Virus record (IMG/VR): IMGVR_UViG_3300029290_000005 | Coordinates: 1-38,989 of that record | DNA: 38,989 bases | Strand: one strand, 5' to 3' | From: a virus | Taxonomy: Duplodnaviria > Caudoviricetes | In this document: piece after piece, positions 9,083 through 18,043 of the stretch | How positions within the stretch are numbered: the first letter of the stretch is position 1 | Layout of the letters: each line of letters starts with the position of its first letter | Translations under genes and position numbers: made by a program | Notes under the pieces: generated by a model | Database searches by the model: none | The model's input: the letters and a program-made list of their open reading frames with translations, nothing else | Told to the model about the DNA's origin: nothing

Positions 9083-9732
9083 ATCTTAGTTCCTAATGAT
9101 CCGATTAGCTCGACCTTTCCAGCCTTCCAAAGTTTGTGCATAAAATTGACGTATTGCTGTGTGTCATCTTTAAACCGGCACCGATAGTAAAATGTACCTG
9201 CTATCTGAATTTCTATACCTTCTTCCAGTGGCTCTGAAAGTACATATTTACCCTCACTTGTTACTTGAGCAGATGCGGTATTCCACATGGGCTTTTCTTC
9301 ATTGGAATTCCACATTGTTTTAACTGGTGTTTGATTCCACATGTTTGGATCTACTTCACCAATGATCTGCTCTTCGGTGTTACCTAAGGGCAAATGGCTG
9401 GTAAAAATATGCTTATATAGCTGGAATGTTGTAGCCGTGCCATCACCAACAAATGTGCAATTGAACTGATTATCATCAGGCATCTTATAAAGAAATGAAT
9501 CAAATGCTCCCCGGCGTTCTAGATAAAATCCTTGAAGTTGCTGAAATTCAGTTCTTCCCTTATTTTCACGCAAGAAAGCGTAAGACAACGAGATTTCATA
9601 TTTAGGTGCGGCCTGAAAGCTCGCACGGAGCTCTCGGCCATTGATAGAAGTCATGATCTTGGTATTGAACATCGGGGTAATTGAGGTATCCCATTCAAGA
9701 CCAGGTAATTCTGGAAATAAAACGTTAGACAC
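9079..9732 (-). CDS. Distal tail protein (DUF2460-like)
   Basis: Start re-called at GTG 9732 after AGGAGG. FNTKIMTSINGRELR, RRGAFDSFLY, VGDGTATTFQL, YYRCRF; directly after the tape measure gene. Confidence 0.85.
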   Translation of the reverse strand: MSNVLFPELPGLEWDTSITPMFNTKIMTSINGRELRASFQAAPKYEISLSYAFLRENKGRTEFQQLQGFYLERRGAFDSFLYKMPDDNQFNCTFVGDGTATTFQLYKHIFTSHLPLGNTEEQIIGEVDPNMWNQTPVKTMWNSNEEKPMWNTASAQVTSEGKYVLSEPLEEGIEIQIAGTFYYRCRFKDDTQQYVNFMHKLWKAGKVELIGSLGTKI

Positions 9733-9742
9733 TAACACCTCC

Positions 9743-12526
9743 TTATTTACCATTTTTACCAAAGCCACGAGCGTAACTATTCAAACCACTAGCGACCGCG
9801 CGGCCATTATTCTTAAATAATCGTTGAATACTCTTCGCATCGATTGCACTAATATTAATGGTCGGTCCAGCACCCCCACCTTCAGCTACTGCAGCTGCTC
9901 CAAAACTTGCACCACTTCGCATAGCTTTGCCCATTTCACGAATAGTATTTGCATGTTGAGAAGGTAAAACCATTTCGTCTTCATGTAGCTGGGTGACTGG
10001 ATTCACACCTGATGGAATGTCATAACCGCCTCGAGCAGATTTGATTTTGCCAGCTAAACCAGCCACTAAACCAAACGCAGCAGCACCAGCACCTACAGCC
10101 AGAATTGGACCAATGTATGGAATAGCAACCATGGCTTTAAATGCGCCAGCCATGGCCTCCCATGCCGACATCATGATTCCCTTGATTGCTTCAGCTGCTT
10201 TTAAGCCCAATCGAGCTAAACCACCCGCAGCAGTAACACTGGTACGTGTTGCTTCTCCTGCAATTGTTGCTCCCGTTTGAGCCGCTTGACCCGATGCCTC
10301 AGCCGCCGTTTCAGCACCAACGAAACCAAGCTTTCTAGCTAACTTAATCGCTTGGATTCTGAGCCAACCTTGTAGCTCTTTAGTAGCGGATTGCAAGGCA
10401 AATGCACCCATATCAGCTAATACCGCTTTAGTTGCGTTGCTCCATGTCAATGTGCCATTCATTAAAGACTGAATGCCCTGATCCCAAAGGTTTGCAAGCC
10501 GAGAAGTGAACCCGCCGAACTTAGCTTCAAAGTCTTTCATTTCCGCATCACTGATTAAGCCCATAGACTTAGTGTCAGCAACTTTCTGATCTGTCTCTAA
10601 ATCAGAAATATTGTTAATGATTTGGTTTTGATTACCTTGCTTACCAGTAATACCGGTTTGCTCATTCTCAAGTGCCAGACGCTCTAAAAGACCTTGCCGC
10701 TTAATTTCACGTAATTGATCTTCGAGCTGCTTCTCTAATTGAACTTTGCGAACGTTTGAAATTTTCTTGGCATCATATTCAGCTTGGATCCGTGCCGCTT
10801 CAATTTCATAAAGGCGCTGTGCTTGCTGTTGATAATTGTCGATCTGTTCTTCACGAGCTTTTTTGTATTCCTCAAACTCTTTTAAACGAATAGCAATGAT
10901 CTTGTCTGAAGCATCCTTTTCCGCTTTGACTTTTGCGGCGGCTTTTTCATCAGCAGTCATCTTAGATTTTTCAATCTCATCTAATGCCTTTTGTAGATCT
11001 AAAGCGACTTTCTTTTCTTCGGATGCATATTTATACCGAATATCAGCAAGTGCTTTAGCTGCTTGTTCAGCTTGGCGCACCGCATCAGATTTACCCTGCT
11101 TTGCCTTATCCGACTTATCACCATCAGGATTGAGTGCCTTATTTTGTCCGATACCAGAAGTAACCCCTTTACTTCCACCTCTACTACCAAGTTGAGCATT
11201 TTGGATATCTATTTTGGCTTGAGATAAACGATCAAATGAGGGTGTTCCACTAAAGATATTAGAAGCTGAATTAATTGCGGCTTTGGTGGTACCAGCAATA
11301 TCAACCACAGTATCTTTGGTTTCAGTCCAGATTGCCTTAACGCCACCAGCCAGAGCCTTACCTTTAGCCAGGATCCCATCCGCATTTACAAAGTTTACGG
11401 CAGTACTTCCAATAGTCCTTAGATTACTCATCACACCAGACATTAAACGCACAAGATTTTGTAATCCAGCTCCAAGCCCTACAATAACAACTGCAACACC
11501 CTTAGCAACTGAGCCTAATGTCTGAATAACTCCGGTAAATGCTCCACCTTTTGTAGTGCCATTCATGAAATGACTAATTACACCGCTTAAAGCTGGCATC
11601 ACTGCTTGAGCCAATTGATTTTTTAAGCCGGTGTACTGCATTTGAAGTACTTCAGTTTGAGCCTTTAATTCAATGGATTTTTGAATTGCCTCTTCACCAG
11701 TAATAATCCCTGCTTCTTCCATAGCAGACTGGTATTCTTTCCAAAGCTTACCGCCATCTTGCAATATTGGAATTAATCCAGTGAGATCTGAGCCCATACT
11801 CTCAAGATAGAAAGACATTTGCTGCTGGTTGACTCCAGCTTCTTCCAACTTATCTACATAAGTCTGTAAGGCTTCCACACCATCCATCTTGGACATTTCT
11901 TCAGCGAGTTTTTTAGCACCCTCAGCGCCAGACTCCGTTTTAACGGCGATTTGCTCAAAAAAATCTTTAGCCCCACCAGATCCCACTGATGCAAACTCAC
12001 CGATCTTTTCATTGAAGTCTTTCATCATGTCTGAGAGTTTTTCTTGAGAAAAACCTAAAGTTTGTGCGGCACCAGATAATCCCTGAAATGACTGTATTGA
12101 GGTATTTGCTAAGGCTGAAAATTTGGCGAGTTCAACATTATTATTGGCCACTTCAATTGCCAATGTTGCTAAACCCGCTGTAGCTGCTACGGTACCACCT
12201 ACTGCCAGCCCTGCTACTGCACCCGCAGCAACTAGCGCACCACCACGCAGAGCTCCTAATTTGGAAGTAATACCATCAAAAGCCGAGCCTAATCGTGACC
12301 CGCCTAAAGCATCCCCAATCTGTTTATTAAACCCGTCTGCAATTGATTTTGAAATATCATCAAATTGGCGCTTAATTCCCGAGAGATTAAACTTAAAGCT
12401 CACCCCTTTAGTGGTATTTTCAATTTGCTTGGCAGATTCAGTAACAATCTTTTCTGCCTCATCCATGCCTTTTTTAAGCTCAGAGGTCTTAGCACCAATA
12501 TGAACTTCTACGCGGTTATTCGCCAT
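9743..12526 (-). CDS. Tail tape measure protein
   Basis: 927 aa, Ala/Gly-rich helical and coiled-coil; SARGGYDIP...QLHEDEMVLP C-terminus; follows the tail chaperones. Confidence 0.93.
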   Translation of the reverse strand: MANNRVEVHIGAKTSELKKGMDEAEKIVTESAKQIENTTKGVSFKFNLSGIKRQFDDISKSIADGFNKQIGDALGGSRLGSAFDGITSKLGALRGGALVAAGAVAGLAVGGTVAATAGLATLAIEVANNNVELAKFSALANTSIQSFQGLSGAAQTLGFSQEKLSDMMKDFNEKIGEFASVGSGGAKDFFEQIAVKTESGAEGAKKLAEEMSKMDGVEALQTYVDKLEEAGVNQQQMSFYLESMGSDLTGLIPILQDGGKLWKEYQSAMEEAGIITGEEAIQKSIELKAQTEVLQMQYTGLKNQLAQAVMPALSGVISHFMNGTTKGGAFTGVIQTLGSVAKGVAVVIVGLGAGLQNLVRLMSGVMSNLRTIGSTAVNFVNADGILAKGKALAGGVKAIWTETKDTVVDIAGTTKAAINSASNIFSGTPSFDRLSQAKIDIQNAQLGSRGGSKGVTSGIGQNKALNPDGDKSDKAKQGKSDAVRQAEQAAKALADIRYKYASEEKKVALDLQKALDEIEKSKMTADEKAAAKVKAEKDASDKIIAIRLKEFEEYKKAREEQIDNYQQQAQRLYEIEAARIQAEYDAKKISNVRKVQLEKQLEDQLREIKRQGLLERLALENEQTGITGKQGNQNQIINNISDLETDQKVADTKSMGLISDAEMKDFEAKFGGFTSRLANLWDQGIQSLMNGTLTWSNATKAVLADMGAFALQSATKELQGWLRIQAIKLARKLGFVGAETAAEASGQAAQTGATIAGEATRTSVTAAGGLARLGLKAAEAIKGIMMSAWEAMAGAFKAMVAIPYIGPILAVGAGAAAFGLVAGLAGKIKSARGGYDIPSGVNPVTQLHEDEMVLPSQHANTIREMGKAMRSGASFGAAAVAEGGGAGPTINISAIDAKSIQRLFKNNGRAVASGLNSYARGFGKNGK

Positions 12527-12545
12527 TTCAGTTTTCCTCAGGCAT

Positions 12546-12572
12546 AAAAAAACCCACTTCTTAGAGTGGGTT
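12546..12572 (-). terminator. Terminator ending the cargo gene upstream of the tape measure gene
   Basis: AACCCACT-ctaaga-AGTGGGTTTTTTT. Confidence 0.7.
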
Positions 12573-12594
12573 CATATTAAAATTTAAAATGTCT

Positions 12595-13170
12595 TTAAAA
12601 TTTCAGACGTATATTTTCTTCAGCTTTTTTTGCCTTTAGATATTCATCAAGATCTTCTTGAGTTACTTTAGAAATATCAACATAACTAAGCGAACCGCTT
12701 TCCAGATCAATATTATATTTTTGAGATAAAAGCTTATTATAAAGCGATCTACTTGAACCAGTCTCAGAGTTTAAAAGCGTGCATAAACTACCAACAACCT
12801 CTAAGTCTACTTCTGATTGCTTCCCCTTTACAAAAGCTTTCAATTGCGCATCTCTAAATATATCTTGTGTTACTTCCCTAACAAACTTTTTATATTTCGG
12901 ACTATTATCTTCAGCAGCTAATTGAATAATTTCAAAAGGTACAGTAGTATGCCACAATGATTTTCTTAGTTCACAAACAAAGACTAAATCATTGGTTTTT
13001 AGATCTTTTGTTGCCTTATTTTTTATTAATTTATCTATTTTATAAGAGTTACTTTCATATTCCTTTGCATATTCATTTCTTTGGTATTGCATATAAAAAT
13101 AATTCCCAACTATATAAAGAATTGCAGAAAGAGCTAATACAAGAATTCCTATTAATATTTTATTAATCAT
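12595..13170 (-). CDS. AT-rich membrane-anchored cargo protein
   Basis: N-terminal TM anchor (ILIGILVLALSAILYIVG); inserted between chaperone and tape measure genes with its own promoter-like and terminator elements. Confidence 0.75.
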   Translation of the reverse strand: MINKILIGILVLALSAILYIVGNYFYMQYQRNEYAKEYESNSYKIDKLIKNKATKDLKTNDLVFVCELRKSLWHTTVPFEIIQLAAEDNSPKYKKFVREVTQDIFRDAQLKAFVKGKQSEVDLEVVGSLCTLLNSETGSSRSLYNKLLSQKYNIDLESGSLSYVDISKVTQEDLDEYLKAKKAEENIRLKF

Positions 13171-13197
13171 ATTTGATACCCTATAAAAGTATTAACA

Positions 13198-13226
13198 AAG
13201 ATACCAAATTGACTATTTAATGTCTC
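13198..13226 (-). promoter_or_regulatory. Putative sigma70 promoter of the cargo gene
   Basis: Minus strand GAGACA-17 bp-TATCTT with TG extended -10. Confidence 0.45.
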
Positions 13227-13246
13227 TTAAAAAATCTTAGGCGGCC

Positions 13247-13516
13247 TTAACCGCCCTGAGGAAAATTACTTAAAACCTCAATTAAATCGTCATCGTCTTC
13301 TGATTCACTATTAACTGGCTGACTTTCATCAATTCCCATAAAAGTTTCCAAAATACGGCAAAGCCGTTGCACCCCGATATTTGTGGGAGGGTTATTTTGC
13401 TGATACGCATTTAAAGCCCTTAATCTTGGTAGATCAATTTCACTACGTACATAGTCGTAATCTTTCCCCATAGTTAGCACTAAATGCGTGTACAGCTCCT
13501 CCCAATTTATTCCCCC
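13247..13516 (-). CDS. Tail assembly chaperone C-terminal extension (gpT-like), reached by -1 frameshift
   Basis: The -1 frame is open from G GGG GAA (13516-13510): GGINWEELYTHLVLTMGKDY...PQGG. Confidence 0.75.
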   Translation of the reverse strand, partial: GGINWEELYTHLVLTMGKDYDYVRSEIDLPRLRALNAYQQNNPPTNIGVQRLCRILETFMGIDESQPVNSESEDDDDLIEVLSNFPQGG

Positions 13517-13827
13517 GAGCTTTCACCTGCTGGTTTACCTGTACCGGTATATTCCAAGCCTGAGGTTTTAGTTACTAGTGATAAGACCTCTTCCATGTTA
13601 GCCATATCTAAGAGCTCATCCGAAACATATTCACGGGTAATTTCTGGATAATTCCGCTTTAAACAAATATGGGCCATGTCTACAATTACGGACACAGGGA
13701 CATCATTTGAGCTTAACTGTTCTTGGAAACGCTCAAGTGTACCCAATGGTGCTGGAGCAAAAATCCAAGTCTGGCCAGCAATTTCTTTACTATTACCACG
13801 TGGGTTTTCAACTTGCTTGAATTGCAT
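13507..13827 (-). CDS. Tail assembly chaperone (gpG-like)
   Basis: 106 aa between tail tube and tape measure genes, ending at a G-run. Confidence 0.8.
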   Translation of the reverse strand: MQFKQVENPRGNSKEIAGQTWIFAPAPLGTLERFQEQLSSNDVPVSVIVDMAHICLKRNYPEITREYVSDELLDMANMEEVLSLVTKTSGLEYTGTGKPAGESSGE

Positions 13828-13833
13828 TTGCTA

Positions 13834-14601
13834 TTACTCCGATAAATCCATTTTGAAAACACGGTTGAGATCATCAGCCATCGGCTGGAATTCAAACTCA
13901 GGAATGTCGTAATCGTCCTGTTTTGAACTGAATCCAAGCTTGTTACTGGTGCAACGGTAGAAATTCATATGCATGAATTTGCCCTTGTAATCACGTTGCA
14001 GGTCTAATGCAAACTCAGGTGTATAACCCATGTCTAAGTTGGACACGGTGATTGACTTGCCACCTGCTACCGTTGCGGAATATCGGAAGCTGATAAAAAC
14101 AACTTTCCCCACATCCGCTGTAGCAAAAGTATATGCCCCCGTTGCGTTATCCACACTGTATTGTCCAGCCGTTGGCGCTGACGCTACACGCTTGAGTGGA
14201 ATAGCTTTTCCATCAGTTACACCTAGATCTTTTACAAAGGTTCCACTATTTGGAACTACTGGAGTAACTAAGCCACCTGCAGGAACGATTTCACCGTTAA
14301 TGGTTTGAGATACTGTCTCGATCCCACCTTCAGCAACAACGCCTCCGAAGAAAATAGAATTTAACAGGGTTCCGTTAATTCGCCCGAATGATGCTTTGCC
14401 TTTAATTGAGCCTTTACCACGTGCAGCATCTACGGCGAACTGTCCACGGCCAAAGAGTTCTTTTAAATCGAAACTAATATCGACACCTACCGACTGTAAT
14501 ACCCCTACTTCTACAGGTGTAGGATTGCTAATCGGCTGGCCGTAAACGTCTTGGATCGGTGTAGCAAAGATCTTGCCGGCACCAAATAAATATTGAGCCA
14601 T
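13834..14601 (-). CDS. Major tail tube protein
   Basis: Position; YLFGAGKIF, KELFGRGQFAVDAARGK and DDYDIPEFEF; preceded by a hairpin (about 14626-14645) and GAGGT RBS. Confidence 0.8.
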   Translation of the reverse strand: MAQYLFGAGKIFATPIQDVYGQPISNPTPVEVGVLQSVGVDISFDLKELFGRGQFAVDAARGKGSIKGKASFGRINGTLLNSIFFGGVVAEGGIETVSQTINGEIVPAGGLVTPVVPNSGTFVKDLGVTDGKAIPLKRVASAPTAGQYSVDNATGAYTFATADVGKVVFISFRYSATVAGGKSITVSNLDMGYTPEFALDLQRDYKGKFMHMNFYRCTSNKLGFSSKQDDYDIPEFEFQPMADDLNRVFKMDLSE

Positions 14602-14663
14602 TTATTTTGACCTCTCTAAAATGACAAAACCGCCATAGAGGCGGTCATTAAATGAATGTTTTG

Positions 14664-15107
14664 TTAATTGGTGGTGAGAATCCGGATAGGAATAATGGCA
14701 ATCGCCTGATCATCCAGCATGTTTTCTACTGCTTCATATACTTCGATTGTGCCCTCGATCCAGCAGTGCTCTACCAAACCTCCTAAAGTTTGATATTCGC
14801 TAAATTCTGGATGGTCTGGCTGAATAGCGTCACGTATACGATCAATGAAAATATTCATCTGTGATGATGGAGGTTTAGCTCTATCAGTCTCATGGATATA
14901 GAGATAGATCTCAGCGGCTAGTTCAACTTTTGAATCTAAACCATGTACCGGCACTTCTTGCTGATTGCCTTGTGTAATAAATATGGCTGGTCGCTCGTCT
15001 GGTGTCACATTATTAAAATGACGTAAACGGCGACTTACTGTTTTGAGCCCGTCCACATTTGTACTTAACCGATCAAACAACGCTTGATAGATTGCTTCGC
15101 TATCCAC
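14664..15107 (-). CDS. Tail terminator/completion protein
   Basis: Acidic 147-aa protein just before the tube gene; QTLGGLVEHCWIEG. Confidence 0.7.
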   Translation of the reverse strand: MDSEAIYQALFDRLSTNVDGLKTVSRRLRHFNNVTPDERPAIFITQGNQQEVPVHGLDSKVELAAEIYLYIHETDRAKPPSSQMNIFIDRIRDAIQPDHPEFSEYQTLGGLVEHCWIEGTIEVYEAVENMLDDQAIAIIPIRILTTN

Positions 15108-15582
15108 CTGCTAAACCTCGCTCAATTGCTGCATCAATATTTTTCGGCACAATCTTGGCCACCATATCTAAAGAATCACGCATGAAACGCAGTTCTCTAA
15201 AACGAACATTCCTTGAGTGAGCCTTCACATTGACTTGAACTGGTGAGATAGGTCGACCAAAAGCCTGTTTGATTGTTCGAAGATGAGCCTTAACGCCCAT
15301 AGATCCATGTAAGCCAAACTCATGAGCAAAGGCATAAGGAACCAAAGCACCACCAGCTCCCACCGTTCCTTCTATCGAATCCTTATCCTCATCCACTTTG
15401 GATGAAACGGATCCACGTAAGCGGCCAGACTGAACTTTTAGCCGTTGGCCACTCAACATGTCTTCCTGAACAATACGCTGTAAGCGCAAAGTAAGTGCGT
15501 TTATCGTGCGTCTTATTTCAAACCTAACGCGATTATTCATCTCATCAAAGTTGACTTGCTTATTAACACGATAATCGTTCAT
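15100..15582 (-). CDS. Neck/tail-completion protein (HK97 gp10-like)
   Basis: SGRLRGSV, PYAFAHEFG, RFMRDSL motifs. Confidence 0.75.
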   Translation of the reverse strand: MNDYRVNKQVNFDEMNNRVRFEIRRTINALTLRLQRIVQEDMLSGQRLKVQSGRLRGSVSSKVDEDKDSIEGTVGAGGALVPYAFAHEFGLHGSMGVKAHLRTIKQAFGRPISPVQVNVKAHSRNVRFRELRFMRDSLDMVAKIVPKNIDAAIERGLAGG

Positions 15583-15589
15583 AGCTTAA

Positions 15590-15781
15590 TTACCCTTTAG
15601 CAGAGGCCGTTGATTTCTTTGGCTCAATCAATTCAACATAACGCTCAAAACCCAAGGGCTTTAACATATGGATAATGTCATCTTCAGATTCTAAAACACC
15701 GTTTTTGATATCAAGGTTCTGACCAGCAATAACAATTTTTGTTGGCTTATAACCTTGGGGTGCCTGATATTTAAAAGGCAT
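15590..15781 (-). CDS. Small hypothetical protein in the neck region
   Basis: 63 aa, AGGAG RBS, tightly packed in the operon. Confidence 0.65.
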   Translation of the reverse strand: MPFKYQAPQGYKPTKIVIAGQNLDIKNGVLESEDDIIHMLKPLGFERYVELIEPKKSTASAKG

Positions 15782-15790
15782 GGGTCTCTC

Positions 15791-16174
15791 CTATACAACA
15801 AAAGCACCAACACCTAACCGGTTTGGGTTTGTGCCTTCATCATCGATTGGAATGGAATTTTTTAGTGCAAGGTAGCGCTGGCCATACATGCTGAGATCAT
15901 AGAAAGCCTCCTTCGATGATCGTGAATAACTCACACTTTGGCCGGCAATTGTCATGCTCGAGGCGGTACCAAAAGCAGCACCATTGCCGCTAATGGTTCC
16001 AACTTTAAGAATATGTGCTGCATACAGACCTACAGCACGTTCCTTTAATGCACCAAACTCAATTTGAGAAACGACCAGATCTGCTTCTTCTAATGCATCC
16101 TGAATCTTTGCATCAGACAAATTGACTAAACCCGTATCCGTAGAGAATTTCTGGCGAAACGTTTGTACGTCCAT
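15791..16174 (-). CDS. Head-tail adaptor (DUF4054-like)
   Basis: AVGLYAAHIL, GQSVSY, SMYGQRYLAL. Confidence 0.8.
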   Translation of the reverse strand: MDVQTFRQKFSTDTGLVNLSDAKIQDALEEADLVVSQIEFGALKERAVGLYAAHILKVGTISGNGAAFGTASSMTIAGQSVSYSRSSKEAFYDLSMYGQRYLALKNSIPIDDEGTNPNRLGVGAFVV

Positions 16175-16183
16175 AGGTCCACC

Positions 16184-16558
16184 TTATTCCTTAGCCCGAT
16201 CTAACTTCGCCTGTAATTGCTCAAGTGTTTCATCATCACTGAACATTACTTCAAGTGCAGTTAATTCAGCTCTCACGGCGGCCAAAGCAGCTTCATCTGC
16301 TTTAACATTATCACCTGCAGCATCATTCTGTTTTCCACCTTTACCACCACGGCCGCCTGTTTTACCTGCTGCTTTTGGTTCATCATCTGGGATTTCCTGA
16401 ACTTCAAGTTCACCTTTTTCTACAAGTGACTTAAAAGCCTTCCCTTTAGAAATACGTGTGAGATCCGCAGCACTAACTTCCACAGTTTGGCCCTGACCTA
16501 CTTGAATCCCATCAAAAGAAAAAGCGGCCTGAGAGCCGCTATAAGTAATTTTTGGCAT
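16184..16558 (-). CDS. Hypothetical virion-associated protein following the capsid gene
   Basis: 124 aa with GK-rich linker and short helical C-terminal module; AAGGA RBS. Confidence 0.65.
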   Translation of the reverse strand: MPKITYSGSQAAFSFDGIQVGQGQTVEVSAADLTRISKGKAFKSLVEKGELEVQEIPDDEPKAAGKTGGRGGKGGKQNDAAGDNVKADEAALAAVRAELTALEVMFSDDETLEQLQAKLDRAKE

Positions 16559-16570
16559 GTTTAGTTTTCC

Positions 16571-17551
16571 TTATTCAACATCGTAGTAGCGGAGAGAATC
16601 GACACGTTTTAAATAGACACCTTCATACATATAGTGGCCTGGTGTACGCATCACATAATTGATAGGTTGAGCTGCCAAGAATTCCAGTTCATTACAACGG
16701 AAAGTAATGCAGCTTGGATCACGGCGATAAATAATGCTGCGGTCTGTCCCGCCTTCGCCTTTACCCTCAAGCGTACTTTCAGAAGTAAACGTTAGTGTCT
16801 TACCTTGCATTGCAAAGGTGTTCTTTTCCTTAATGTATTCAAGAAAAGTCTTACCAGCTGAATCCGGAACGATACGGCTAGCAAGGATAGTGAACTTATT
16901 CTCAGGCATCACGAAAGTATCAGGCTGAATACTGCTATCAAACTTAGATGCATTGGTAGCACCTTTAATCGCCTTGTTAATGTCCCCAAGAACGGCTTCA
17001 ACAGTAGCTGTTGCATAATCTAATGTTGAAGTAATGACCTCTACACCTGTCTGGTTATAAAACCCCAGTAACCCTGTTTCAGGTTCACCAAACCAAGCCA
17101 CATCACTCATATGGTTTTCATAAGCCAGACGAGCAGCAGCTACTTTGTCAGTGGTCAACTGGATACCGGCTTTTAAGGCTGCGGCAGCATCGAAAATACT
17201 GATTTCATAACCAATAACACCAGGCTGTACGGTGAGTTTCACTTCGTCATACATCACTTCTGCTAATGGCACGTCATTACCTTGACCTGAGAATCGCTTA
17301 CCACGTCCAACACCTTTTTTACGCTGCAAGACACTTGCTGAACCAATAACTGCACCTTCTAAGCCTTCGATTGGTAAATACTTGGCATATGCTTGAGCTT
17401 CAGCAAGTTGCGGTGTCATTTCATCAATTGATTCAAGCTTTAGCAGCAACTTGGCAAAGTTATCTAAATTAAAGGCATCACCTACAGCGATTTGCACCCC
17501 ATGTGCAACGGCCGATAGACGAATTTTCATCTGTTCTAATTGTTTTGACAT
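16571..17551 (-). CDS. Major capsid protein (DUF2184, HK97 fold)
   Basis: VAWFGEPETGLLGFYN, PDTFVMP, EGVYLKR; 326 aa; position after decoration and protease genes. Confidence 0.88.
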   Translation of the reverse strand: MSKQLEQMKIRLSAVAHGVQIAVGDAFNLDNFAKLLLKLESIDEMTPQLAEAQAYAKYLPIEGLEGAVIGSASVLQRKKGVGRGKRFSGQGNDVPLAEVMYDEVKLTVQPGVIGYEISIFDAAAALKAGIQLTTDKVAAARLAYENHMSDVAWFGEPETGLLGFYNQTGVEVITSTLDYATATVEAVLGDINKAIKGATNASKFDSSIQPDTFVMPENKFTILASRIVPDSAGKTFLEYIKEKNTFAMQGKTLTFTSESTLEGKGEGGTDRSIIYRRDPSCITFRCNELEFLAAQPINYVMRTPGHYMYEGVYLKRVDSLRYYDVE

Positions 17552-17554
17552 TGA

Positions 17555-18025
17555 TTATGCTCCACGTAAACGAAGGATTGCCAAGCCATCTGGACCCGTA
17601 ATAGTTTCCCATGAGGCATTAGGTAGTTCTGTCGAATCTAATGCTGCAGAAGAAAGTGATCCAAGCGGCGCTTGCGCTGTAGGGTTCGCAGTACGCACAT
17701 ACACCTTTGCGTTAATATCAATCACAGGTGCGGTTGGCTTTACCCAGATAGAACCAATTTGCATGATCGGTGCACAGTCTTTCGCTTGATAGGCTTCTTT
17801 ACCTAAGGCGTTTTTTCCTGATTTGCCGACGTGCTGTAAAACCACCACACAAAACTTTGTATTAGTAGCACCAGTTACCGCAGTAACAGTCTTGCCATCA
17901 GTGGACTGAACCACCACTTCACCGTCACTTATCACGGCATTACCCGCAACTGGTAAAGATAAGATTTCTTCGGGCATGTGCAAACGAGCACGCATACCCG
18001 GAATAGCTTGAGGGGTTAAAGACAT
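17555..18025 (-). CDS. Head decoration/cement protein
   Basis: AIPGM, IMQIGSIWV, KVYVR; between protease and capsid genes. Confidence 0.7.
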   Translation of the reverse strand: MSLTPQAIPGMRARLHMPEEILSLPVAGNAVISDGEVVVQSTDGKTVTAVTGATNTKFCVVVLQHVGKSGKNALGKEAYQAKDCAPIMQIGSIWVKPTAPVIDINAKVYVRTANPTAQAPLGSLSSAALDSTELPNASWETITGPDGLAILRLRGA

Positions 18026-18043
18026 TCTCTTTTCTCCAGTTTC

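Noticed and set aside
10041-12547. Several antisense and alternate-frame ORFs within the tape measure gene (similar ones occur in terL, capsid, tail tube and ATPase)
   Set aside because: Shadow ORFs expected from codon bias; no RBS or motifs.
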